Assembly (NCBI GenBank): GCA_041665545.1 | Contig: JBAYIQ010000001.1 | Location: 44-64,043 of the forward strand | Source of the DNA: Patescibacteria group bacterium | GTDB taxonomy: Bacteria; Patescibacteriota; Patescibacteriia; UBA1558; GWA2-36-10 | Length of the DNA: 64,000 nucleotides | Direction of reading: 5' to 3' | In this document: positions 10,205 to 19,458 of the stretch, one piece after another | How positions within the stretch are numbered: the stretch's first letter is position 1 | Layout of the letters: each line of letters opens with the position of its first letter | Notes under the pieces: model-generated | Databases searched by the model: none | What the model saw: only the letters and a program-made list of their open reading frames with translations | What the model was told of the DNA's origin: nothing | Made by a program: the position numbers and the translations under genes

Positions 10205-11017
10205 ATGTCAGAATTGCTAGAGATGGGCGTTGTGGCGCCGGTAAAAAAACCAGAATCCCCAGTAGAAGATCTTGATCCCAAGATAATTGCTGGGCAAAAA
10301 GCCATTATGGGCCACGCTCATAATCTTGAGGTCAATGGTAAGGCAGACACTAGGGAATTTGTGGATTATTTTGATACTAGCGTGAGCTTGGAAGATCGTG
10401 TTCAGACGGATCTGGATGAGCTTCAAGTTGCGCCAAACAAACGTGAAGCTATTCATAAATATTTAGATCTTATCAAAGATAAACACCAAAGCTCTTATGA
10501 GCATTCTTTGCGAGTTGGTTTGATAGCGCGTCAGATCGCTAAGTTCATGGGTATTGATGAAAAAGTATTGCTTTATGCTGGTCTACTACATGATGTCGGT
10601 AAAACCATGGTGCCAGCGTCAACTTTGTTAAAAACTGAAGGTTGGACGCCAGAAGACACAGCCAATGTTCAGGCACATGTGGAAAGTGGTTATAAGTTAT
10701 TGCGTGACAAGTTTGATTTTACTGCTGAGGTAATACTCAGGCATCACCGCTTCCAAACCAGGCCCTATCCAGAAGAGTTACCAAAATCTCTTCATGAATA
10801 TAGCGAAGACACAAAGACCCTAATCAATGAGTATGGTCGGATTTTGGCCATGGCTGATGTCTATGATGCTTTGCATCGGATAAATGATAAGCATGGTGTC
10901 AAGCGGGCCTTGAACGGTGAAGAGATTCATGAGCAAATGTTGAGTTTGAATCCTGATCGCACTGAGCTGGTTGAAAAGTTATATGCGGCTGGTGTTTTCA
11001 CAACCAACATCCAATAA
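10205..11017 (+). CDS. HD-GYP-like domain protein
   Basis: HSLRVG...LLHDVGK (HD), HHRF..RPYP, and MADVYDALHRI matching the HD-GYP ADvfDAL block. Confidence 0.55.
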   Translation: MSELLEMGVVAPVKKPESPVEDLDPKIIAGQKAIMGHAHNLEVNGKADTREFVDYFDTSVSLEDRVQTDLDELQVAPNKREAIHKYLDLIKDKHQSSYEHSLRVGLIARQIAKFMGIDEKVLLYAGLLHDVGKTMVPASTLLKTEGWTPEDTANVQAHVESGYKLLRDKFDFTAEVILRHHRFQTRPYPEELPKSLHEYSEDTKTLINEYGRILAMADVYDALHRINDKHGVKRALNGEEIHEQMLSLNPDRTELVEKLYAAGVFTTNIQ

Positions 11018-11036
11018 TTTTGCTATTATAAATATA

Positions 11037-11066
11037 ATGAACCTAGATTTGCAAAAAATAAATAAA
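11037..11066 (+). repeat. 30-bp direct repeat copy 1: duplicate of the first 30 nt of murC
   Basis: atgaacctagatttgcaaaaaataaataaa identical to 12741-12770. Confidence 0.9.
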
Positions 11067-11071
11067 AAAAT

Positions 11072-12721
11072 ATGGACAATTTACAAAATTTAAACAATCA
11101 GTCGCCACCAACTAATAATTTACCACCACTTAATATCAACACTACACCATCGGCTAATTCTATTACATCTCAGGCATCAATGCCCAAATCAAAATTGAAC
11201 CCCAAAATAATAATTATTTTAGTGGTAGTTTTTTTACTTTTAGGTGGCCTGGCTTATGCTTGGTTTTTTACTGGCCTAAAAGATAGTATTCCTTTTTTAA
11301 ATTCAAAAAAAGTTACTAATAATATCAATATAGGCGATAGTAATAATGCTAGTTCGACTGATGTATTAATGGTAGATTATACAAAAAAAGAAGAGCAGAA
11401 AGTATTATTGACTTGTTATATGTATTATCATCCAGAAGCTTCTCAGTATTTTCCGGATGGTTCTATTTTTGGATCGGCTACAACTAATTCTCTACAGGAA
11501 AATAATGGTTCTACAACGATTCTTAAAACGGAATCAGATGATAAGTCTTTTTTTGCAGTTGGTTCATCTCCAGAGGGTGATGAAATGATGTCGAATCTTT
11601 GTGGTGTTTATAATCAGGATGCTTATGATTTTATGTTAAATATGTTGAAAACTGACGTTGATCAAGATGGTTTGAATGTATATATGGAAGATCAGTATCA
11701 TACTAGCGATAATAATGTGGATACAGATGGCGATGGTTACTCAGATTTAACAGAGATATTGACTAATCACGACCCTAATAATTTATGGACCTTAGAACAG
11801 AATGCTAAAAATGATAGACTTGAAGCCATATTTGCTCAGCCAAACTTTAATGTTGCAGAGGCTGTAGCTATTTGCAAAACAATGGGTGATAATAACGCGA
11901 TAGATGTGTGCTTGGAATCAATAAGCCGACACCCGGGCTTTAGTGAACCAAATTATTGTGATACAGTTGGTTTCTCAGCTGGTTCAATATATAAAGACTG
12001 GTGCTACGATGATATTTTGTTTAATAGTGGTAAGGCCGAAGATTGTATTAAAATAGATAATTCAACTACAGATTTTTGCTTAGCTCAGTATGTGGAAAAA
12101 GAAAAAAGTTTAAGGCCATGCATGTTACTTGGGCAGGATGAAATTTCTATGTGTATTAATCCTACTTTTAAATACTTGGATGAAAAATCCGACTGCGACG
12201 AATATAAAGACAAGATGTCTTCTGACGATTATAACACTTGCCTTTGGTTTATAGCTTTTAACACCAAAGATCCTAAGGTATGTGAATCTTCAGAATCAAA
12301 CAAAGTACTTACTTGTGTAAATAATTTGGCCTATGAATTACTAGATCCAAATATTTGCGAATACTATAACCCTTACCCAGATTATTTGAAAAAAGAATGT
12401 ATTGCCAATACACCAGACGGTAGACACTTAGACACAGAAAGTGGTTATTTGACACTTTGCAAGAGTTATTCAGGAGACTATACGCTAGATAGAAATAAAA
12501 AAAGTGATTGTTACGCCGAGTTAGCTAAGATTTATAATAAATCGGAATATTGTAAAGAAGCGGCTAATATTACAAAAATAGATAATGCTCATTTATATCA
12601 ATGGTCATTAGACACGTGTTATTATAATTTAATCAAAGAAAAATCCAGAACAGATTTGTGTAAAGTAGTTATTTCAAAAGATGTTTTGAATAATCCAGAA
12701 TATCAAACTATCTGTAAATAA
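11072..12721 (+). CDS. membrane-anchored surface protein with low-complexity N-terminus, Asp-rich DTDGDGYSD calcium-binding-like motif and a Cys-repeat C-terminal domain
   Basis: N/P/T-rich start, one TM helix, DxDxDG motif, and ~20 regularly spaced Cys resembling the 4734-5888 lipoprotein. Confidence 0.55.
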   Translation: MDNLQNLNNQSPPTNNLPPLNINTTPSANSITSQASMPKSKLNPKIIIILVVVFLLLGGLAYAWFFTGLKDSIPFLNSKKVTNNINIGDSNNASSTDVLMVDYTKKEEQKVLLTCYMYYHPEASQYFPDGSIFGSATTNSLQENNGSTTILKTESDDKSFFAVGSSPEGDEMMSNLCGVYNQDAYDFMLNMLKTDVDQDGLNVYMEDQYHTSDNNVDTDGDGYSDLTEILTNHDPNNLWTLEQNAKNDRLEAIFAQPNFNVAEAVAICKTMGDNNAIDVCLESISRHPGFSEPNYCDTVGFSAGSIYKDWCYDDILFNSGKAEDCIKIDNSTTDFCLAQYVEKEKSLRPCMLLGQDEISMCINPTFKYLDEKSDCDEYKDKMSSDDYNTCLWFIAFNTKDPKVCESSESNKVLTCVNNLAYELLDPNICEYYNPYPDYLKKECIANTPDGRHLDTESGYLTLCKSYSGDYTLDRNKKSDCYAELAKIYNKSEYCKEAANITKIDNAHLYQWSLDTCYYNLIKEKSRTDLCKVVISKDVLNNPEYQTICK

Positions 12722-12740
12722 TTAGATTTATTTTTAAACA

Positions 12741-14108
12741 ATGAACCTAGATTTGCAAAAAATAAATAAAGTATATTTATCAGGCATTGGTGGCATTGGG
12801 CTGTCGGCTTTGGCTTATTATTTTTTGCAGGCCGAAAAAAAAGTTATTGGCTCAGATATTGTAAAATCTGAAGTGACCAAGAGATTGGAAGCCAAAGATG
12901 TTTTGATCAACTACAAACAAAAAACAAGCAACATCACCAAAGATATTGATTTGTTTTTGTACACTTCAGCTTTGCCAAGCGACCATCCCGAGTTTGTCAA
13001 AGCCCGTCGCTTGAAAATTCCCGTGCTTAGCTATTTTGAATTTTTGGGTTTTTTGAGCAAACAGCACAAAACAATAGCTATAGCCGGCACCAATGGCAAA
13101 ACCACAAGCACAGCCATGCTGGGTTTGATTATGGAAAAAGCTGGATTGGACCCCACAGTCATAGTCGGTAGTCTAGTCCCCCAGTGGGGGAGTAACTTTC
13201 GCTTTGGTAAGAGTGAGTGGTTGATAGTTGAGGCCTGCGAGTGGCAAGCGCATATGCTGGAGATCAACCCCCAGATAATTGTTTTAACTAATGTGGCTGA
13301 GGATCACATGGATTATTTCAAAGATTTGGCTGATATCAAAAAACATTTTCAGCAATTTGTAAATAAATTACCCGAGACTGGAGTGTTGTTCAAAAATATT
13401 GATGACAAGAATAGTAGTAAAATAAATTTTGGCGGGCAGACTGTAAATTTTGGTCAAGCTCCAAGTAATCAATATTGTTTTTCTAAGCCGACGATAAAAA
13501 AGGGCGAACAAACTTTTGCTGTAAAAAAGAAAAACAAAAAATGGGCCGAGTTCAATTTAGTAATTCCCGGTTTGTACAATGTATACAATGCTTTAGCCGC
13601 CATTGCCGTGGCTGATAATATTGGCATCAATCAGCACCAGATTTGGAATGCCCTGCACGAATTCAATAGCACTTGGCGTCGATTTGAGCGCGTGGGCTTA
13701 TGGAAAAATAATATTGTGATTTCTGATTATGCTCATCATCCAGATGCTATTAAAGGGTTGCTACAAGCTACCAAAGATTTTTATCCTGACAAAAAAGTAA
13801 TTGCTATTTTTCAACCCCATCATCACAATCGCACCAAAACATTACTTAAGCAATTTGCGGCCAGTTTTACACAGGCGGATTATGTTTTGATTTCTGACAT
13901 TTATCAAGTACGCGGTCGGGAAGACAAAATGCACGATCAAGTATCAAGTGCTGATATAATCAACCTGATGCAACATGAAAGAAAATATTATTGTCCCAAG
14001 TTTTCTGATGTTAAGCAGACTTTAAGAAATATCAATCCAACGGATTCAATTTTATTGTTTATTGGTGCTGGGGATATTGATGATTTGGCTAGGGAATTGG
14101 TAAGGTAA
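12741..14108 (+). CDS. murC: UDP-N-acetylmuramate--L-alanine ligase
   Basis: GIGGIGLSALA and GTNGKTTST Mur ligase motifs; length 455 aa. Confidence 0.85.
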   Translation: MNLDLQKINKVYLSGIGGIGLSALAYYFLQAEKKVIGSDIVKSEVTKRLEAKDVLINYKQKTSNITKDIDLFLYTSALPSDHPEFVKARRLKIPVLSYFEFLGFLSKQHKTIAIAGTNGKTTSTAMLGLIMEKAGLDPTVIVGSLVPQWGSNFRFGKSEWLIVEACEWQAHMLEINPQIIVLTNVAEDHMDYFKDLADIKKHFQQFVNKLPETGVLFKNIDDKNSSKINFGGQTVNFGQAPSNQYCFSKPTIKKGEQTFAVKKKNKKWAEFNLVIPGLYNVYNALAAIAVADNIGINQHQIWNALHEFNSTWRRFERVGLWKNNIVISDYAHHPDAIKGLLQATKDFYPDKKVIAIFQPHHHNRTKTLLKQFAASFTQADYVLISDIYQVRGREDKMHDQVSSADIINLMQHERKYYCPKFSDVKQTLRNINPTDSILLFIGAGDIDDLARELVR

Positions 14109-14127
14109 TTCTTTTGGGTAAGTATTT

Positions 14128-14172
14128 CATCTTTTCTTCGAGCGAGCGTAGCGAGTCGAGAAGTTCTCGACT
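14128..14172. repeat. GC-rich imperfect palindrome downstream of murC
   Basis: ttcgagcgagcgtagcgagtcgagaa / ttctcgactacgctcgaa arms; shares the 12-mer cgctcgaacaaa with 34143-34154. Confidence 0.5.
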
Positions 14173-14211
14173 ACGCTCGAACAAATATCAAAAAAATGTC
14201 AGTATAAAATT

Positions 14212-14808
14212 ATGACCAAGTATATTGTAAATTCAGGTGGATCTTTAAATAATCCCCAAGGAGAAAAGTTGTCTATTGAGGAGACTTTAAAAGGCCTGGG
14301 AGAAAAACCAAATGTTTTGTTTTGTTTTTTTGCTCAAAAGAGAGAAGATTGGGAAACAGATTTTAAAGTTAGGGTTGTTGGATTTGAAGAATTGATGCCT
14401 GATAATGTAAAACCTCATTTTGAATTAGCCTTTCCAGAAAAATTTGTAGAACAAATTAACCAAGCAGATGCTGTAGTAATTTTTGGTGGAGATGATCATT
14501 TGGTTCAATACTGGTTAAAGCAATTTGATATCCCTAATATTTGGGATGGCAAAGTGGTATCGATCAGGTCAGCATCTTCGAATGCCTTGGCCAAATATTT
14601 TTGGACTTGTGACTGGCGAAAATGTATGGATGGTTTGGGAATTTTAGCTATCAAACTTATCCCTCACTACAAATCAAATTACGGTATCGATGATCCTAGG
14701 GGAGCAGTTGATTGGGATGAAGCTTATAAAGAGTTGGCAGAGTATGGGGATAAGAATATGGTAATTCATGCTTTAAAAGAAGGTGAATTTATAGTGATTG
14801 AACAATAA
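14212..14808 (+). CDS. hypothetical protein (possibly class-I glutamine amidotransferase / peptidase S51-like fold)
   Basis: AVVIFGGDDHL and SASSNAL segments; weak. Confidence 0.35.
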   Translation: MTKYIVNSGGSLNNPQGEKLSIEETLKGLGEKPNVLFCFFAQKREDWETDFKVRVVGFEELMPDNVKPHFELAFPEKFVEQINQADAVVIFGGDDHLVQYWLKQFDIPNIWDGKVVSIRSASSNALAKYFWTCDWRKCMDGLGILAIKLIPHYKSNYGIDDPRGAVDWDEAYKELAEYGDKNMVIHALKEGEFIVIEQ

Positions 14809-14816
14809 TAAACAAC

Positions 14817-15737
14817 ATGGAAATAAAACAAAATATATTACTAAAAGATTACACCACTTTCAAAATTGGCGGGCCAGCTGATTATTTTTGTCTAGCCAAA
14901 AGCCAAGAAGATGTGCAGGAAGCCATTGATTTTGCTAAAGAAAAAAATTTAGCAATTTTGGTTTTAGGCGGTGGCAGTAATTTATTGATTACCGATGCTG
15001 GCTTTAGGGGTTTGGTCATCAAGCTAGATTTGCAAAAATTAGAATATCACGACGATGAAGTCATTGTTGGCGCTGGTGTTTTGGTGGCTTATTTATTAAA
15101 CAAATCTCTAGAGCAGGGTTTGACTGGTTTGGAATTTACAGCTGGCATACCAGGCACAGTGGGTGGTGCTATCCGTGGCAATGCCGGCACTTATGGCTTG
15201 GCCATGTCTAATGTGATCGAAACAATCACTTATTTTGATGAAAATTATCAAGTCAAAGTTTGTCAGGCAGAAGAGTGCCACTTTGCCTATCGCCATAGCA
15301 TTTTCAAAGAAATAAAAGCCATTATTATAGAAGCCAAGTTAAAATTGGAAAAAGGGGATTTAGGTGAAGCTCAAAAGTTAGTAGCCGAAAGATTAAAGTA
15401 TCGTCAAGATACTCAGCCCAATGAGCCCTCAGCTGGCTGTATTTTCAAAAATGTGGAGTTTAAAACAGTGGATATAGAGGATTTAAAGAAGCGCGGCTTG
15501 GACACTGACCAATTTGCCAAGCACCAAAAGATTCCCACAGCTTATATAATAGAAAGGGCTGGCTTAAAAGGTCATACTATTGGTGGAGTCAAAGTTTCGG
15601 AAAAGCACGCTAATTATATTATTAACACAAACAAGGCCACAGCCGAGCAGGTGATCATGTTAATAAGCTTTATCAAACAGCAAATTCGGGATAAATATGG
15701 CATCCAGCTTCAGGAAGAGGTTCAGTTTATTGGCTAA
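14817..15737 (+). CDS. murB: UDP-N-acetylenolpyruvoylglucosamine reductase
   Basis: TTFKIGGPADYF FAD-binding N-terminus and MurB C-terminal domain. Confidence 0.85.
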   Translation: MEIKQNILLKDYTTFKIGGPADYFCLAKSQEDVQEAIDFAKEKNLAILVLGGGSNLLITDAGFRGLVIKLDLQKLEYHDDEVIVGAGVLVAYLLNKSLEQGLTGLEFTAGIPGTVGGAIRGNAGTYGLAMSNVIETITYFDENYQVKVCQAEECHFAYRHSIFKEIKAIIIEAKLKLEKGDLGEAQKLVAERLKYRQDTQPNEPSAGCIFKNVEFKTVDIEDLKKRGLDTDQFAKHQKIPTAYIIERAGLKGHTIGGVKVSEKHANYIINTNKATAEQVIMLISFIKQQIRDKYGIQLQEEVQFIG

Positions 15738-15804
15738 TATTAGCTAAAATATTGGCACAAATAAGATTCTAGCTTGCTTTTTATCTTATTTTTGGCTATT
15801 ATTA

Positions 15805-15832
15805 TTGACAATTTGAAAAAAATCTGTATAAT
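15805..15832 (+). promoter_or_regulatory. near-consensus sigma70 promoter for the infA-rpmJ-rpsM... operon
   Basis: ttgaca 15805-15810, 16-nt spacer, tataat 15827-15832. Confidence 0.5.
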
Positions 15833-15929
15833 ATAGAGGCATTAATTAAAGTAATTATTAACATAAGTTCTAATCTTAGAGAAAACATCACCTTGCCTAT
15901 CAAGGTAAGGATATTTTCTTATTTATTAA

Positions 15930-16160
15930 ATGTCAGAAGCTAGAGTAAGTAAAAAAGGTTTTTTAGAAGTTGTCGGGGAGGTGAACGAATTACTGCCTAA
16001 TACTAATTTTCGAGTCACCCTAGAAAATGGCCACGAAATATTGGCTCATCTTTCTGGAAAAATGCGAATGTTTAAAATCAAGATTTTGCCCGGTGACAAA
16101 GTGGTGGTGGAGATGAGCCCTTATGATTTGAGCAAGGGTCGCATCATTTATCGCAATTAA
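15930..16160 (+). CDS. infA: translation initiation factor IF-1
   Basis: 76 aa, S1-like fold sequence [10 protein letters not shown]...[20 protein letters not shown]. Confidence 0.9.
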   Translation: MSEARVSKKGFLEVVGEVNELLPNTNFRVTLENGHEILAHLSGKMRMFKIKILPGDKVVVEMSPYDLSKGRIIYRN

Positions 16161-16212
16161 TTTAGTAATCATTTAGTTGTTCAAATAATTTATTAAATAA
16201 ATTTCTAACGAG

Positions 16213-16326
16213 ATGAAGGTCCGCGCCTCAGTAAAAAAAATTTGTAAAGATTGCAAAGTTATCCGCCGTGAAGGTCGGCTAGTTTGCATTTGTAAAAACC
16301 CCAAGCACAAACAAAGACAGGGCTAA
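16213..16326 (+). CDS. rpmJ: 50S ribosomal protein L36
   Basis: Not in the ORF track (37 aa): [37 protein letters not shown], zinc-ribbon Cys pattern of L36. Confidence 0.85.
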   Translation: MKVRASVKKICKDCKVIRREGRLVCICKNPKHKQRQG

Positions 16327-16350
16327 ATTAACAATTATTAATTCATAAAG

Positions 16351-16740
16351 ATGGCAAGAATTTCAGGAGTCAATCTTCCAAACGAAAAAAGAGTAGAGAT
16401 CGCTTTAACCTCCGTTTACGGCCTTGGTTTGAGTTCCTCTAACAAAATATTAAAACAGCTCAAAATTGATCCTAATATTCGGGTAAAGAATTTGTCCGAA
16501 GAGCAGGTCAATACTTTGAGACAGGTTATTGAAAAAGATTTTCGTGTCGAAGGAGAATTGCGTCGCGAAAGAATGACCAACATCAAGCGTTTGAAAGAAA
16601 TCAAATGTTACCGTGGCACTAGGCACACCAAAGGTTTGCCAGTACATGGGCAACGCACCAAAACCAATAGTCGCTCGGTTCGTGGAAACAAACGTGTGAC
16701 CATGGGTAGTGGTCGTGTCTCAGCCGCTCAAAAGACATAA
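16351..16740 (+). CDS. rpsM: 30S ribosomal protein S13
   Basis: [10 protein letters not shown]... conserved S13 N-terminus. Confidence 0.9.
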   Translation: MARISGVNLPNEKRVEIALTSVYGLGLSSSNKILKQLKIDPNIRVKNLSEEQVNTLRQVIEKDFRVEGELRRERMTNIKRLKEIKCYRGTRHTKGLPVHGQRTKTNSRSVRGNKRVTMGSGRVSAAQKT

Positions 16741-16744
16741 AACG

Positions 16745-16833
16745 AGTAAAAAGTTTAAAGTACAAAGTGGAAAGCTTTAAAAAATAACGTTCGTCACTTT
16801 ATACCTTAAACTTGTAACTTTATACTAATATTT
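16745..16833 (+). repeat. ~90-bp leader repeat copy A, immediately upstream of rpsK ATG
   Basis: About 85% identical to 17221-17307 (gagtaaaaagt...aaagctttaaaaa...acgttcgtcactttatac...acttgtaactttatactaatattt). Confidence 0.8.
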
Positions 16834-17217
16834 ATGAAAGCTGTAAAATCTAGAAAAAAAGTTAAGAAAGTTGTAAAAAAAGGCCAGGCCCACATCCAGG
16901 CCACTTACAATAATACCATTATCACCCTGACTGATCAGCAAGGCAATGTCTTGGCTTGGTCTTCGGCTGGTGTCAATGGCTTCAAGGGCGCCAAAAAATC
17001 TACGCCTTATGCCGCTGGTATTATTGTCAGAAATGCCGTAGAAAAAACCAAAGATTTTGGTTTGACCGATGTTGAGGTTTTTGTCAAAGGTGTTGGCGCT
17101 GGTCGTGAAGCGGCTATCCGCTCATTACACAGCAGTGGTATCAATGTTTCCTCAATCAAAGATATGACGCCAATTCCACATAATGGTTGTCGTCCTAAGA
17201 AACCAAGAAGAGTCTAA
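16834..17217 (+). CDS. rpsK: 30S ribosomal protein S11
   Basis: S11 conserved core ([15 protein letters not shown]...). Confidence 0.9.
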   Translation: MKAVKSRKKVKKVVKKGQAHIQATYNNTIITLTDQQGNVLAWSSAGVNGFKGAKKSTPYAAGIIVRNAVEKTKDFGLTDVEVFVKGVGAGREAAIRSLHSSGINVSSIKDMTPIPHNGCRPKKPRRV

Positions 17218-17220
17218 TGA

Positions 17221-17307
17221 GTAAAAAGTAGAAAGCATAAAGTAGAAAGCTTTAAAAAGCACGTTCGTCACTTTATACTTTATACTTGTAACTTTATACT
17301 AATATTT
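17221..17307 (+). repeat. ~90-bp leader repeat copy B, immediately upstream of rpsD ATG
   Basis: See copy A. Confidence 0.8.
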
Positions 17308-17922
17308 ATGGGAAGAAATTTAAAACCGAGACATAAAGCTAGCCGTCGCTTTGGTGAAAATGTGGCCGAGACTCAAAAATCTCCGCTAGCCAAGAGGAAT
17401 TATCCTAGTGGCGTACACGGACCAAAGAAGTCATTCAAAAAGGTCAGCGAATACGGCAAGCAATTAATGGAAAAGCAAAAAGCCAAAGCCATTTATGGTT
17501 TGTTGGAAAAACAATTTGCCTTGACTTTTGGTCGCGCCCAAAAAATGACTGGTGACGTCAACGAGAATTTGTTGATTTTGTTGGAAAGTCGTTTGGATAA
17601 TGTGGTTTTTCGCGGAGGACTAGCGCCAACTAGACGTTTGGCTAGGCAATTAGTCACTCACGGCCATTTTACTATTGGCACTGGCAAAGTAAATATCCCT
17701 TCTTATACAGTCAAGCCAGGTGAAATAATCAAAGTCAAGGAAAATAAGGCCAAAAAAGGTTATTGGTTGGCCTTAGCCGAAAAGATTGAAAAAACCGAGC
17801 CAGCCGGTTGGCTTTCACTAGACAAGAAAAATTTGGCTTTGACTGTCAACAGCCGACCAAACCAAAACGATTTGCCTAAGAATATCACCACCAGCTTGAT
17901 CGTTGATTTTTATTCACGTTAA
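17308..17922 (+). CDS. rpsD: 30S ribosomal protein S4
   Basis: S4 N-terminus and S4 RNA-binding domain. Confidence 0.9.
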   Translation: MGRNLKPRHKASRRFGENVAETQKSPLAKRNYPSGVHGPKKSFKKVSEYGKQLMEKQKAKAIYGLLEKQFALTFGRAQKMTGDVNENLLILLESRLDNVVFRGGLAPTRRLARQLVTHGHFTIGTGKVNIPSYTVKPGEIIKVKENKAKKGYWLALAEKIEKTEPAGWLSLDKKNLALTVNSRPNQNDLPKNITTSLIVDFYSR

Positions 17923-17962
17923 TAAACTATTAATTTTAAAATAAAAATTTAATTATAAAACA

Positions 17963-18739
17963 ATGAATAAGATTAGCTTACCAGAAAAAATTAGCGTCAT
18001 TGACCAAAAGAATAATCATTACCAAGTGATTATTGAGCCTTGCTCTCCTGGCTATGGTGTTACTATTGGCAATGCCTTGCGTCGCGTAATGCTATCTTCG
18101 TTGCCCGGGGCAGCGGTTACTTCTTTCAAAATTGAGGGTGTTCAACACGAGTTTGATACCGTTAGTCACGTCAAAGAAGATTTGGTGGAAATAATGTTGA
18201 ATTTGAAAAAATTAAGACTGAAACTATTCAGTGATGAACCAGTTATATTAAATATTGAAGCTAAGGGTGAAAAAGTTGTCACTGCCAAAGACATCAAAAA
18301 AGATTCCAATGTGGAAATAATGAATGAAGATCTATTGATTGCCACCATGACCGATAAGCAAGCCAAGCTAAATATGGAAATTACGGTCGAACGTGGCTTG
18401 GGCTATGTGGCTGTCGAACAAAGAGATGAAAAAATTAAATTGCCAATCGGTAGCATTGCTATTGATTCCAATTTTTCACCAGCTTTGAATGTTGGCTTTA
18501 ATATTGAATTTGTACGGGTTGGTGAAATGACCAACTACGAAAAATTAATAATGGATGTTTTGACTGACGGCACAATTGATGCGCGCGGGGCTGTTTCTCA
18601 GGCGTCTATAATTTTGCGTGATAATTTTAGCTTTTTGGTAGCCGAAGAAGCTACCCCAGAAGCAGCTGACGAAGCCGAGGAAACAAAGCCGGAACCAGCC
18701 AAGAAAAAAGTTATTAAAAAAAAGAGTAAAAAAGAGTAA
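17963..18739 (+). CDS. rpoA: DNA-directed RNA polymerase alpha subunit, short form lacking a canonical C-terminal domain
   Basis: Alpha NTD motifs (GYGVTIGNALRRVMLSS); only 258 aa, ends in an acidic then lysine-rich tail instead of the alpha-CTD. Confidence 0.8.
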   Translation: MNKISLPEKISVIDQKNNHYQVIIEPCSPGYGVTIGNALRRVMLSSLPGAAVTSFKIEGVQHEFDTVSHVKEDLVEIMLNLKKLRLKLFSDEPVILNIEAKGEKVVTAKDIKKDSNVEIMNEDLLIATMTDKQAKLNMEITVERGLGYVAVEQRDEKIKLPIGSIAIDSNFSPALNVGFNIEFVRVGEMTNYEKLIMDVLTDGTIDARGAVSQASIILRDNFSFLVAEEATPEAADEAEETKPEPAKKKVIKKKSKKE

Positions 18740-18751
18740 ATAATCAATACC

Positions 18752-19102
18752 ATGAGGCACCGAAAGAATATAACTAAATTGAGCAGAACCTCTGATGTGC
18801 GCCGAGCACTTTTGGAAAACTTGGCCACGTCAATTATTTTGTATGAAAAAATTGTTACCACTGAAGCCAAAGCCAAAGCACTCCGGCCTTTTGTGGAGCG
18901 CTTGATAACTAGAGGCAAAGTCAAGTCAATACATAATAAGCAAATTTTGAGTGGTATTTTGCCAGACAAAAAAGCCGTCCAAAAAGTATTGGATGTTTTG
19001 GGTCCTAGATACAAGGATCGCAAAGGCGGATATTGCCGAATTATTAAAATTTCACCGCGAGTGGGAGATGGCGCTTTGCTCGCTCAGATTGAATTAGTAT
19101 AA
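18752..19102 (+). CDS. rplQ: 50S ribosomal protein L17
   Basis: MRHRKNITKLSRTSDVRRALL... Confidence 0.9.
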   Translation: MRHRKNITKLSRTSDVRRALLENLATSIILYEKIVTTEAKAKALRPFVERLITRGKVKSIHNKQILSGILPDKKAVQKVLDVLGPRYKDRKGGYCRIIKISPRVGDGALLAQIELV

Positions 19103-19106
19103 AAAT

Positions 19107-19454
19107 ATGGAAAGAAAAGTTCACAACATTGATGCTACAGGAAAAATAGCTGGACGCTTGGCTTCTCAGGTAGCGATACTACTCATGGGTAAGCACAAGA
19201 TAAATTATGCTGCCAACACAGAGTGCGGTGATATTGTTGAAATCAGCAACATCAGCGGTATTAAATTTACCGGCAATAAACTAGATAGCAAACTTTATTA
19301 TCGTCACAGTCAATATCCTGGTAATTTGAAAACCACCAAGTTGAAAGACATGATGGCTAAAAATCCAGAAAAAGCTTTTATCCAGATATTGCACAATATG
19401 TTGCCAAAAAACAGATTAAGACCCAGGATGCTTAAGCGCTTAATTATCAAATAA
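19107..19454 (+). CDS. rplM: 50S ribosomal protein L13
   Basis: L13 family sequence; 115 aa. Confidence 0.85.
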   Translation: MERKVHNIDATGKIAGRLASQVAILLMGKHKINYAANTECGDIVEISNISGIKFTGNKLDSKLYYRHSQYPGNLKTTKLKDMMAKNPEKAFIQILHNMLPKNRLRPRMLKRLIIK

Positions 19455-19458
19455 TACT

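Noticed and set aside
15890-15910. Hairpin ccttgcctatcaaggtaagg in the infA leader as a riboswitch or attenuator
   Set aside because: Only a single short stem with wobble pairs, no second alternative structure or T-run. Insufficient evidence.
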